Shown here: positions 25,960-37,892 of the stretch, in pieces
Numbering within the stretch: the first letter of the stretch is position 1
How the letters are laid out: each line of letters begins with the position of its first letter
From: Octopus bimaculoides
Lineage: Eukaryota
Assembly (NCBI RefSeq): GCF_001194135.2
Contig: NC_069001.1
Location: 30,060,601-30,124,600 of the forward strand
Reading direction: 5' to 3'
DNA length: 64,000 nucleotides
Notes under the pieces: generated by a model
What the model saw: the letters and a program-made list of their open reading frames with translations, nothing else
Database searches by the model: none
What the model was told of the DNA's origin: nothing
Program-made: the position numbers and the translations under genes

Positions 25960-28183
25960 AAAGCCTAAGATCCGCAAGTGGTAATAGTAGTAATAAGGGC
26001 GGTTCTTCTAAGGAGTATAAGTCTGTAGATATCTTATCAATCCAAGGGGCTTGTCCTTTCATTGTGTGTTTCTTCTGCCCAAATTTTATTCCAATATTCC
26101 TGCACTACTTCTTTTGATGGGACAGATTCTCCTGCAACTCGTATTTTCCATATCTTCCTGTAAACATTTTTGGGTTATTTTTGAACATGTTGTCCTCACG
26201 CGCTTTTCATACCTTGCTATACGGGCAGCTTTAGGACATACTTTAGGACATACTTTAGGACATACTTTAGGACATACTTTAGGACATACTTTAGGACATA
26301 CTTTTTGCTTGATAGTTTCTATGGTGTGATTGATGTCAGATATGGTTTTCAAATTGAACTTTTTCTTCAATTTTCGGGTTTTTGTTCGATTGATACTCTT
26401 GTTAAACTTAAGGCTTTTTTAAACATTCTCTGTCAGACGTAAGGAGATGAGTTTGGTGTTGAATACGCTTTTGCCAACTAGGATTTTTGTGGGAATGTTG
26501 TCGTTTACTAATCTTTTTACCACATAGAATCGTTGATATTTTCGCGGATGCATAGTACAGGTGGTTGAGATCTGTAATATCAACATCATTATCTGAAATT
26601 ATATCCTTAAGTGCAAGGTGAATTTTACCAATTACCTTCAGGTTTTGATTAGAATAGCGAATTTTGGGGAACGTGTCGCATTCATTCATATTTGTTTCTT
26701 TAATTTTCAGCCATTCTATCATGATTTGATTATTTAGATCATGTAATTCTGTTGGGTCAATTTCTGGGTGATTTTCTTCATCTATTTAATTTTCCTCTGC
26801 CTTAGTGTTTATGGTTGGTTCAAACATTATTTCACTTCGCTTATCAGTTAGATTAACTCTTTCAATCATTATTGCATTTTTGTTAGAACTGGGTTGGTCT
26901 ATAATTATTTCATCCGTAATATCTCCTTTAGCTACCACTTCGTTCCTTTTATCCCTCACTGATTGTTTAATCTGGTCTCTCTCTAGTTCAGTTAGTAATT
27001 ACTTTTTTCATGATGGTTCTTCTAACGTTGGCAAGTTGTTACTGTCTATGTACGGTCTTATTTCAAGGTGTTTTGGTCTTCAGTTTAAATAGGTTTGTAC
27101 AGTATTAGATTTATTTGTGGGGAAATACATGGCATGATAGAAAGCCTTAAGAACCTCTTTATTATCTCCCCTTGACAATTTTCATTCTTTTTCTTTTGGT
27201 TATTTCATGACGAACATGGACGGCTGTCTGTTTGAATATTCCGGTTGTGAGTTACTTCCAGATCCTGTGTTTCGGGAAGATTTGAAACAGCAGCTGATTT
27301 TACGTACTCAATCTGGATCATCACTTGAGTAGCCCGACCTTGGAAACCCGTGTGACGGCCGATCGGTATTTTGCTTTTTTATCATCGAGACATGATAATG
27401 ACGAGGAAGAAGCTGTGTGATGTATGGCAGTAAAGTATGGTTTTTGTGATTATCTTCGTTAAAAGGCCGCTTCCTTCAAGACATCCACAGATTCCTTTAT
27501 CGCATTCCATCGATGTTATTAGATTAGATTTGTTTTTCAATGGAGAGTTCGGTGTAGCACATCCATGTTGTTATTAAGCGTAGAGTTGAATCTTATCATC
27601 ATTCATCATTATTATTGAGATAGAGCGCAAAGCATGCCATTAAAGCGACACTGGGGGTATACAAATATACAAAGCACAGTATACCCATCATGACATCTCG
27701 TCTGATAAGGATACTCCAGGCACATGCATCACAACCATATGTGCGCAGTATTGTGACTTGATATCAAGATTAAGAGCGTATGACCTTGCAGGTGGGGCAG
27801 AGTTAGAATTTTCTTCAAGTTGGATTGCACATCGCGCTTAAACGGTCATTGAACAAGGATTGTCTAACAATGTCGAATGAAATACGTATGTTTCTAGGGA
27901 TGAATTATGGAAACCGCAAAGAATTCCTCTTAACACATGGCTAAGGTGATCCCTTAATACTTCTGGCTCGTGGTCAGCGATGCACATATCGTCAACCACT
28001 GAGGGACGTGCTCCACTGGTTAAGGTCAAACAACTGACAAGCAAATCTGTGGTATTGAGCACATTATTTACTGTAGCCCATATTTTGTACCAGTACAAAA
28101 CAATGTATGTACAGGATAACACTTCCAATCAGTCAAGATTAGAAGCCATAACAGCCCCTGCCTGGCACTGCATCAGGGCATTT
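25960..28183 (-). mobile_element. R4/Dong-like non-LTR retrotransposon, 5' portion (putative 5' UTR plus N-terminal ORF), cut off before the RT domain
   Basis: Minus-strand frames give KEVLKAFYHAMY, NLANVRRTIMKK, NPSWQKRIQ, ETIKQKV..AARIARYEKR, FKNNPKMFYRKI and PSKEVVQEYWNKIWAEE..WI, which are Dong/R4 N-terminal motifs broken by stops and frameshifts. The end at 28183 abuts a (TTC)/(TTA)/(ATC) microsatellite. Assigning 27600-28183 as the UTR is inference. Confidence 0.7.
26229..26300. repeat. Perfect 12-bp tandem repeat (CTTTAGGACATA)x6
   Basis: Six exact copies counted; translates as (KVCP)n on the minus strand inside the LINE ORF. Confidence 0.97.
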
Positions 28184-29369
28184 CTTCTTCTTCTTCTTCT
28201 TCTTCTTATTATTATCTATCTATCTATCATCATCATCATTACTATCATGATAATTTTATTATTATTTGTAAAATTATGTCGACTAACTAATATACATAAT
28301 AATAATATTAATAATAATACGTCAAATACTACTGTATTTATGTCATAGTAAAGATGATTTGCGCTGAAGACGATCAGAATAATAATAATGATAATAATGG
28401 TTATAATGATGATATTGAATATAATGAGCATAGATACCACAACGACAATGTAAACGGCGTCGACGTTAATCTGGTATAATATTTCGAGGAATTCTATACA
28501 TTTAATACGAGTACAGTAAACAAAAAATAGCCGTGATACTAAACAACAATGCTTTTTTAAAAAATACATTATCGTATAATAGATCATATTCATATTTTTG
28601 TAATGCATGCAGATAATTAAGGACTTATATCTACACTGAATGGTTTTCTATAGTATGCACAGAGTTGATGCGTCAGTGCATATCATTATTTGTATTGTGA
28701 AATATTAGTGATTTCCCCAAAAACGTGTAGAAGTATTGCGTTTAAGCATATGAATATATTTATATATGTAAATATACGTGTAGTTATATCTGTGTGTGTG
28801 TGAGTCTGTAAATGTTTATATAACACGTTTTGCTGGTGTACTATCCTTCTATATTCTTATCATATGGACGCGGCTACGCATATGCTATACCTAGCTCATT
28901 GAAGCAACTTATTTAAACATTACAAGTAAATAAATGATTTTTTAGTGAAACTCCTCAGACTGTCAATATACGCTCGCAGACGCATACTCAAACATTATCA
29001 CACATGCTCACACAGAAACTCACACACAAAACACAAACACACACATGCAACTTTATATACGCTCGCCCACTTACGTATACATCTCTCTCTATCTATCTAT
29101 CTATCTAACCATCTATCTATCTCCCATCTATCTATCTATCAATCTATCTAACCATCTGTCTATCTCGCATCTATCTATCTATCTATCTATCTGTGTTGGT
29201 AGTTTGATAAATACATGATGAAGTTTGAGAAATATATATGTTTCTTGAGCAATAATAAACCGTGCCCTGCACACGGGTGAAGTATTCACAGCAAGTGACC
29301 CTGAAAATAGGTATATACATATTTCAAACTTCGGCACGTGCGGGTGGGTGCCGGTCTAGTCAGTTACAC

Positions 29370-29745
29370 CAATCAGAGAGCTCAACTGGTACTTATTTAT
29401 CCATCGAAAATGAATGAAGGGCAAAGTCGAGCTCGGCGTTATTTGAACGTCAAAACAGAGGAAATCCCGCGAAGTATTTTGCCCGGCGTTGTAAGGATTT
29501 TGTTATAGCACCACGTAAGTGATAGAAGTTACATTGCTTTAGAGTTTTGGTACAAGAACAACAGATTCGGGGTGGAGCTAATTCGATTACATAGACCTCA
29601 GGGCTCAACAAGCATGTATTTTACGCATCCTATAAATGATGAAATGCAAAGCCCGCCTCGGCGAAATTGGAACGTGAAACGTAAGGAAAAACGAAATGCC
29701 GTTAAACATTTTACCCGAGGTGCTAATGATCCATCCAGGTCGCTG
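29370..29745 (-). mobile_element. Two adjacent decayed copies of short tRNA-SINE (family B)
   Basis: AACTGGTACTTATTT..GGGCAAAGTCGAGCTCGGCG..GTATTTTGCCCGGCG, and a second more diverged copy (GCCTCGGCGAAATTGGAAC..CATTTTACCCGAGGTGCTAATGAT), both homologous to 46148-46382. Confidence 0.65.
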
Positions 29746-30399
29746 CTTTGGAGTAGAGTGCTATGCTATTTTAAAATTAATAATGGGACAGTGATCGAAA
29801 AAAATATTGTGACGTCATATTGCGCTATTCTGCTAACGATTTTCCGTTTTACAAATTTCATACAAATTATAAATCAAATGACTTCCTCGAAATTTAAATG
29901 CCTTGCTTCTCAATGCTATACATCTCTCTTGCATAACAACGTAGAATTACGATCGCTAATGAATCGCGTACATCATTACCATAAATTCCCTCGAAATTTT
30001 AATTCCATCGATATCCGATATTTCCATTTAAAAACAGAATGAAAATCAACCTTCAGGACACAATGTAGCACAATAACATGTTGCTTAATAACAATAAGTT
30101 TATAAGTTTGACAGTTTCTTTAAATTAAACACAACACTTGCGGCATTTTATCTTTCATATTTCAAAGGCCATTTATGTAAACTGATCAACTCCAGTGACC
30201 CCTGCCGTACTTGCTCTCTGGAATTCTCTTAACTACGTAACTTTTCTTCACTTAAATTGTTGGGATTCAGGAGATTCATTAGTGAAACAAATGGAAAAAA
30301 AAATATTCATATGATTAGCTTTTCATTCTTGCTCAATTCCTTTAACTCAGCGACTTCTGTATTGTACACTAATACTCGTATATTATTCATTTAAATTAT

Positions 30400-30445
30400 T
30401 ACACATCATTTCGGCTGATATACTCTCCAGCCTTCATCAGGTGTT
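30400..30445 (-). ncRNA. Hammerhead ribozyme copy, probably inactive
   Basis: Minus strand AACAC-CUGAUGA-A-GGCUG(GAGAGUAUAU)CAGCC-GAAA-UGAU-GUGU. Stem III ACGU is mutated to AUGA. Confidence 0.55.
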
Positions 30446-30693
30446 TTGGGGAAATTTTGAACCTGGGTTCTCATTACTAGGGTAATTTTTGATGTTATTG
30501 TTATTATTATTATTATTCAGGTCACTGCCTGGAATCGAACTCGAAATATTTGGGTTAGTAGACCGCGCTCTTAAACACTTCGCCATATGCCCGTGAGCAT
30601 AATAATAATAATGATAATAATAATGATAATAATGACGATAACAACGTCGAACCATACCTTAGGAATGAGAACGCAGGTTCGAAATTTCCCTAA

Positions 30694-30739
30694 GACACCT
30701 GATGAAGGCTGGAGCGTATATCAGCCGAAACGTTTTGTT
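30694..30739 (+). ncRNA. Minimal type I hammerhead ribozyme (Penelope-type)
   Basis: GACAC-CUGAUGA-A-GGCUG(GAGCGUAUAU)CAGCC-GAAA-CGUU-UUGUU: conserved core, 5-bp stem II and palindromic ACGU stem III. The first stem I pair is mismatched (C/U). Confidence 0.7.
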
Positions 30740-32201
30740 AACAAACAAAATGAGGACTAATATCCGTGAAATATAAATAATGTAAATTATGTACATAATT
30801 CCTCATCTCTCAAATATAGAGCTGAATTTTATTTTAGTTCTGAAATACTAAACTTTTTATATAAGAATATAGAACACTCTCCGCATGAACAGCATCACGC
30901 TTAGTAGTATAGATATAATGAAAGCTTCATCTTTCTCCTGCTAAAAATGTGCCACAGCATTGTTTAGAAAAATACTTAATAGATCTCCGACGTTACTCTG
31001 GGGAAACAAACTATGATATGAACAAATAAATTAATGAACGATTAATTACTTGTAGAGATGCCGTCTTTTGTTATGGAACCGTACTATTCTACTAAACGTT
31101 ATTATAAGTCAACACCGCGCTCTACTGTGTTAGTAGTGCTCTTACATCATTTGTTACAGATTTTCGATAGAAGCTAAAGTCATCACTGTCACGATCTTCA
31201 CACATCTTTTATCTTCGATCTCATTGTTTCTTTGCAGGTTGCATCTTGTATATGAAACGTCATGACAAAATCAATGCTGGATATGATTTCTGTCGAAAAT
31301 CTGTTGAGATAACCAGTACAAGCAATAAACTATTGTTGATAACTAGAAAGCAATAAGAATTTTTTTTTTAAATTAGTAATCAAAATGATCAGTATTTATG
31401 GATGTCGAAATTGAATTCTTATTGCATTAAAGACGAACTCCGATTACAAGATTTCAGTGTAGCTTTTAAATATTGGATTGCAAGATTTCGTTTAGATCTC
31501 TCAAATGTTTCTTGAAATTGAAGGAACGCAAATTGGCGTCAGAGGAAGCCAGGATACTCAGAAATGGAATTTCGGATTCATGTAATGTGTACACACACAC
31601 ACGCACACACTCACACACAATCAGGCGTTTGCGCCTGCATAAATCTCTCAGTTGAGTCAATGTTCGCCTCCATTTCTAGCGAATCTATAATACAATTAAT
31701 TTTTCCTCATTAGTGAAACAAATGGGAAAAACAAATATCAAATATTTATTTATCTGATTAGCTTTTCATTCTTGCTCAGTTTCTTGAACTCATCAAGTTC
31801 TTTATTGACGCATATCCCTGCTATTTCAATCAAATAGATTTCTTCAGCTGGTGATAGAAATGTATAACACTAAATTATATCGTTGCCATCCGTGCCAAGA
31901 CAAAAGGAGTTATAGGAAGGTATATATCATAAGTATTTCTTTAGAAAACAGATATTATCATTTACTTTGCATTAGATACGCAAGTGAAGGAAGATGGAGT
32001 GAGAATAGTTGCGTTTGTACAAGTAAGGCTGGAAGTATTAATAGCGGTGGTAGGCTACTAGTGTGGTAGTGTGGGATCCATGGCTGTTTTTTGACAAATG
32101 TTTACGCTTTCTAAGGGTAATTTACCCAATATTTCTATTGTTCTAACGGCGTTCTTGAGTTCGAAAATAAATTATCATATTTTCAGTTATAGACATACAT
32201 A

Positions 32202-32630
32202 GGCGCAAGAGTGGCTGTGTGGTAAGTAGCAACTCTAATAATGAAAGTGTTATCGCTGACACATATTTCGAGTTGAGTCCCACTGCGTAGCACCTTGGGC
32301 AAGTGTCTTCTACTATAGCCTCGGGCCAACCAAAGACCTGTGAGTGGATATGGTAGGCGGAAACTGAAAGAAGCCCATCGTATATATGTATATATATATG
32401 TATGTGTGTGTGTGTTTGTGTGTCTTTTTGTCCCAACCCCCGCCAACACCGTTTGACAATCGATGCTGGTGTGTTTATGACCCCGTCACCTAGCTGTTCG
32501 GCAAAATGAGACCGATAGAATAAGTACTAGGCTTACAAAGAATAAGTCCCGGGGTCAATTTGCTCGACTAAAGGCGGTGCTCCAGCATGGCCGCAGTCAA
32601 ATGACTGAAACAAGTAAAAGGGTAAAAGAG
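32202..32630 (+). mobile_element. Long tRNA-SINE (family A), best-preserved copy
   Basis: GGCGCAAGAGTGGCTGTGTGGTAAG head; GCACCTTGGGCAAGTGTCTTCTACTATAGCC; internal (TA)/(TG) tract; tail AAGGCGGTGCTCCAGCATGGCCGCAGTCAAATGACTGAAACAAGTAAAAG. Confidence 0.85.
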
Positions 32631-33989
32631 TATACATTTTCGGTGTCATATATTTAGTGCATGCGTTTTTCTTATGCGCACATTGAACGAAGGAAACATT
32701 CAGATGGAGACCCTTTTTAGACATCGATATAATTTTTAAAAAGTGAACACTGAATACAAGAAACCAAACGGTACAGCTCACACCGTCGCTGATCAAGAAC
32801 AATGGATATCAATACTTCGCTGTTTTTGTGTCTCCACAGTAATGCATCTTTGATCCACTTCGGAACGAATTACAGTCATTGTATTGCGACCATGCCGGGG
32901 CACCACTTTCAGGATTTTCATTCGAACGAATCGATCCAAGTACTAACCGCACAAGTGCAGCAAAGTTAAATTCTGAATAAGAAGCAACTCTAATAATGAA
33001 AGTATTATCGCTGACACATATTCAATATGTTCCGTTTTTGCGTTCATTGCTGAATAATGAAAGAAGGAAACAAACTTGATAATGGCATACATACATACAC
33101 TCTGAATATGCAAACCAAACTGACAATTGGCTTCATAGGAGAACGAGATCAATGAATATCGATATTCCGTTGATTTTTTTTTTTTTTTCGCAAACACTAT
33201 ATCTTAAATAGATTTTCCCCTCTGCCGCTGTCCCGTAGCAAATGAGCGCATAATCAAAACACAAGAAATCAAGAAAACTAAGGCGTCAAGCTAGCTGACA
33301 CGAGAACACGTCAGTCCAACAAATTAGAGACATTTCGTCCTCTACGTTCTGAGTTCAAATTCCGACATGTTCAAATTACATTTTTATTCTTTAGGGTCCG
33401 ATGGAATAGGTACTGGTGCAATTGACTTACCCCCACCTAAAAAAAAATTCAGGCCTTGTGTCTATAATAGAAATGATTTTGTCAGTCATAAGAAAGTTAG
33501 GAGGCTGAAATTTCGAAGGCACTTAACCTTCTTACATACATACATAAACAAATAACATGTTTATGTTGTTGAAATTTCAATAAAGGAGCTTTGAATCTAA
33601 GCTGGAAACCGACTCTTTCAGTATTGATAAGAAATCTTGAAATAAAACTTGATAATGACATACATACATACATATATGAACATAGGTTTTTATCTTTCAC
33701 TTTCTGATTGTTTCAGTCAATCTATTGCAGCCATGCTGGGGCACTACTTTAAAGAATTTTAGTTAAATGAATCGATCTCGAAGACGTATAGAAACCAGAC
33801 TCAACTGTTCAGTGGCAGTGTGAGATAATCACAGACACACAGACACAGATAGATAAATACACACACGCACACATACATACGCACATACCNNNNNNNNNNN
33901 NNNNNNNNNNNNNNNNNNNNNNNNNNNNNNNNNNNNNNNNNNNNNNNNNNNNNNNNNNNNNNNNNNNNNNNNNNNNNNNNNNNNNNNNN

Positions 33990-34035
<46 letters not shown>

Positions 34036-34681
34036 CTTTTTTTTTATGTGTATCTAAATTTTTTATTTATATGATCGAAAATATCACCGGAGCTCAAGTA
34101 GCAGACATGGAACTAGGTAACTCTTGCTAAATGCCGCTTGGATACTTTGTTAATGAAAAATATGAGCAAAGAAAGCTATTGTGATGGCACGGGTAATTCG
34201 AAACGACCGCAACAATAATATATTTGGTTCCTACGTCTGATTAAATACGAGAGTGTTTAGCAAAAATATGACGGCGATATAATTATCAAATTTAATAAAT
34301 GTTTAATATATCATCGTAAGAATACAATCAGATAATACACAACATTATATATAGCATTGATATTAGACAATATCAGTAAGCAATCGCTGTGAAATACAGT
34401 TATTTGATATATTAACCCGGTGTACAGAGTGCATTGTAGTTAGAAGTGAGTGCTTAAAGTTCATATTATCGATAATGTCACAAGGCGTAAAAAAGTATTG
34501 AAACCAATTAATATATAATTACCTAATTCAGACAGATAATACAAAACAAAAAAAAACAAATGCTAAGTACAATCAGTGAAGCAGTATACTTGGAGAATAA
34601 CTCCCGTCGAGTACACTGTATACGTATGTGTATGTATGTATGTATGTATGTATATATACATATATATATATATATGAATAC

Positions 34682-34712
<31 letters not shown>

Positions 34713-35087
34713 NNNNNNNNNNACATACATACATACATACATACATTCATGTATGTATGTATGTATGTATGTATGTATGTATGTGTGTGTATAGTGTGTT
34801 AGATGTGATGTACTGAAATTGAATATTGAGAAAAAATCGTCAGAATTTTAGAAAAATATATTTTTTTATTTCTTCATTATTATTAGCGCTTTCGTTCCTT
34901 TCTCGAACATGTCAAATATAATTCGTGAGCATACAGGGTTCGATCCCACAGCGCAGAAACTTTGTCAAATATCTTTTACTCCAGCGCTGCACTAACCAAA
35001 CTCTTCTGAGTAGATAAAGTAGACGGAAAATGAAATTATTCTATATTATATATAAATAAAGATATATAAATATTTCTTTCTCGAGTC

Positions 35088-35180
35088 ATACCCGTATCAT
35101 AGGGGACGGTTTCCAGTTTTCGATGGCGAATATATTTCCCTCCTGGACCAGAGGAGTCGCTGTCGCAGGATTACTCATTA
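35088..35180 (-). mobile_element. Degenerate V-domain-like SINE segment
   Basis: Minus strand CCTGCGACAGCGACTCCTCTGGTCCAGGAGGG..GAAAACTGGAAACCG resembles the V-SINE core CCTGCGATGGACTGGCG.CCCGTCCAGGG. Confidence 0.35.
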
Positions 35181-35339
35181 ATGCTTTGCTAAACTTATAG
35201 CCCGGTCCAAGGATCAGAAACACAACCATGCCATCATGAGCCCAACACCGTAAACACTAACCCACGCGCCTCCACATAATATGTATGTGTGGGTGTGTTT
35301 TTGTGTGGAGGCGCGTGGAAGTGACGAGGAGTAAACACA

Positions 35340-35495
35340 GACACACGACGGGCTTCTTTCAGATGACATCGACCAAATCCATTCACAAGGTTCTGGTTGA
35401 CACAAGGCTACAGTGGAAGAATCTTCACAAAGTGTCACTCAGAGGGACTGAACCCGTAATCACGTGGTTGAGAACTAAGCTTCTTACCACGCAGT
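35340..35495 (-). mobile_element. 5' half of long tRNA-SINE (family A)
   Basis: Reverse complement of the head (CTTCTTACCAC, GGGACTGAACCCG) and body (GACGGGCTTCTTTCAG). Confidence 0.7.
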
Positions 35496-37860
35496 GTGTC
35501 TGTATGTGCGCGTGCGAATATATATATATATACATATATATATATAACCGTACATATTTACACGAATATATATGTTTGTATATACATGCATGTATGTAGA
35601 TATGTAGGTGTGTGTAGGGACCCTAATGAAATACTTATCCATATGTTTTAATGATGTAGTCATATTCTATTAATTGATGTTTCGGGCACTGAGTTTATTC
35701 ATATCCATCTACTTTAGAACTCACTTCACTACTCTATCTTTCATGTATATTTCAAGAAAAGCTCCCTTCCATTAGAGCACTTTCATTATAACATCTTGAA
35801 ATCCGAAGACTAAGAAAATGATAATGGTTGCCCAAGGAATATTATATTCAAAGAGTTGAATAAAGTATCTGCGATTTGTAAGAATAACATATCTTTTCTA
35901 TAATTACAGTTTGCAATTTTCTGTTATTTTCAATACACTGTATTTCCATTTCAATATATTTTGTGATGTATTATCTTTTTCTATAGTTTTCTGTTTCCTC
36001 TCATTTTCATTAATGAAAGAATTTACATTATTGAGTTTACATTATTTTTGTTTTCACACACACACACACACACACACACAAGCATACACACATACACGTT
36101 TATATATAAATACATATATGTACGTATATATATATATATATATATATACTCACAAACATATATATATGTTAATATCTATGTATGTGAATATATACGTATG
36201 TGTGTGAGTATATTGCTTTTTATGTTTTATTTCTTTGCCTATTTTACACTGTGGTCCTTCTATAGAACTACCATCAAAGCTTCTAGTCCACACAATCGTA
36301 CTATTTTTAAATGTCGTACTATTTTGCCGAAGGCCTACGTTGAGGGTCATAAGCATGCTAATACCGTATGCCAAGCGGTAGTGTGCAGGAAATCGGTCAC
36401 AGGGATGCATAAAAAAGCACACACACACACATACTACATAAGTGTCTATGTATGTATGTATGTATGTATGTGTGTATGCATATATGTATGTATGCATATA
36501 CGTATGTATATATATATGTCTATATGTATGTATGTGTGTATGGAAATATATAGTTTGTATACGCTTATGTAGGTATTTGTATGAGACTTCTATTTTGTGG
36601 CGCTATCTTACTTTTTAAATCTCTGTCATCGAAGGACCCATCGTCCTACATATATTTCATTTCTATATTAATTTGTTATGCGTACTTATTCCATCATCCG
36701 TTAATTGATTCAAATCTTAATCTTTCTTAATATTCTGAATACAATATATATTCGGATATTTACAAGATAAAAAGAAAGTATAAACATTAAAAGTATAAAA
36801 GATCAAATTATCGACGAAAGTAAACGGAATTACCTTTCTAAGGAAACCGAAAATAAAGAGAGAGAGAAAAAAGGAGATATTAAACAGCAAATTGTAGATG
36901 GGTAGGAATAACGTATTGTAGGCGCACCCCTCTTACCGTTTTTAAACACCTTCGTGTATACAATTTCAAAGACGTTGCCGCGAAGGAGTGTCAGCGGAAC
37001 TCGCAGCAATAGCCACCCTAACTCGAAGGTTCATTTCTCAGACGGTTTGCATTGGTCTACATTTTGCAGAGAATATCATGAATGCAGGATCCGAGAAAAT
37101 CAGGGTTCTCAACGGTCACAGACACCGAAAAGACAGCCGACCAGGCTCCTGTATTTTTTAATTCCACACTCCTCCGCATTACAGGCTGCGTTGCTCGGGG
37201 TTTCCTGCAGACACAACAGGCTGGAGTCAGAGAACATGCCACAGAGCGTCGCCTCCAGGACTAGTGAATTTTTACATTTATTTTCAATGGTCCATTGTAT
37301 TTTTTTACATACAGTGTTTCCTTTCACCATTCCTAAAGATAAATACTTATTTAAGCCATAGTCCACGCCGCTGAAACCAACTCAACTTGTAATGTATATT
37401 CATGTATATTTGCCATTTTCTAAATTTTTGTCTTTAATTCCTATACGTACAGATATTTTTTTCGTTTTTCGTTTGATATGACTGTTCTTATCAATGGACG
37501 TAGCTGCAAATTGGTCATCATGCAAATGTCATCCATCAGCGACCAATATGCCAGATACCCTTTGGCAGATGCACCTCCAACGAATTCTTTATATTCTAAC
37601 TCAATTTAGACGTGACTCACAAAACTTAAATTGCAAGTGATAGTGATATCAAAGAGGCAACAAGAAATGGAATGATGGGTAATCATTAAATATATAGCTC
37701 CACATCAGTCTAGCAACAATTTTAAGAGCTTCACTTGACAAAATTTAGTAAAAAGATGTATATTATTAAAAACTGTTGTCTCATATATCTGACAGATGTG
37801 TGTGTGTGTATTTATGCATGTATGTATTTATGTATGTCTGTATTTATGTATGTATATATT

Positions 37861-37892
<32 letters not shown>

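Larger units (their letters stand above)
30400..30824. mobile_element. Composite element: tRNA-like head flanked by inverted ~100-bp arms, each with a Penelope-type hammerhead ribozyme
   Basis: The left arm (30400-30517) is the reverse complement of the right arm (30601-30740). The core 30518-30594 on the minus strand has A box TGGCGAAGTG and B box GAGTTCGATTCC. (TAA)n linkers lie on both sides. Confidence 0.8.

Noticed and set aside
30518-30594. tRNA gene
   Set aside because: A and B boxes are present, but the acceptor stem does not pair; treated as a SINE-type head. The same applies to the head at 7887.
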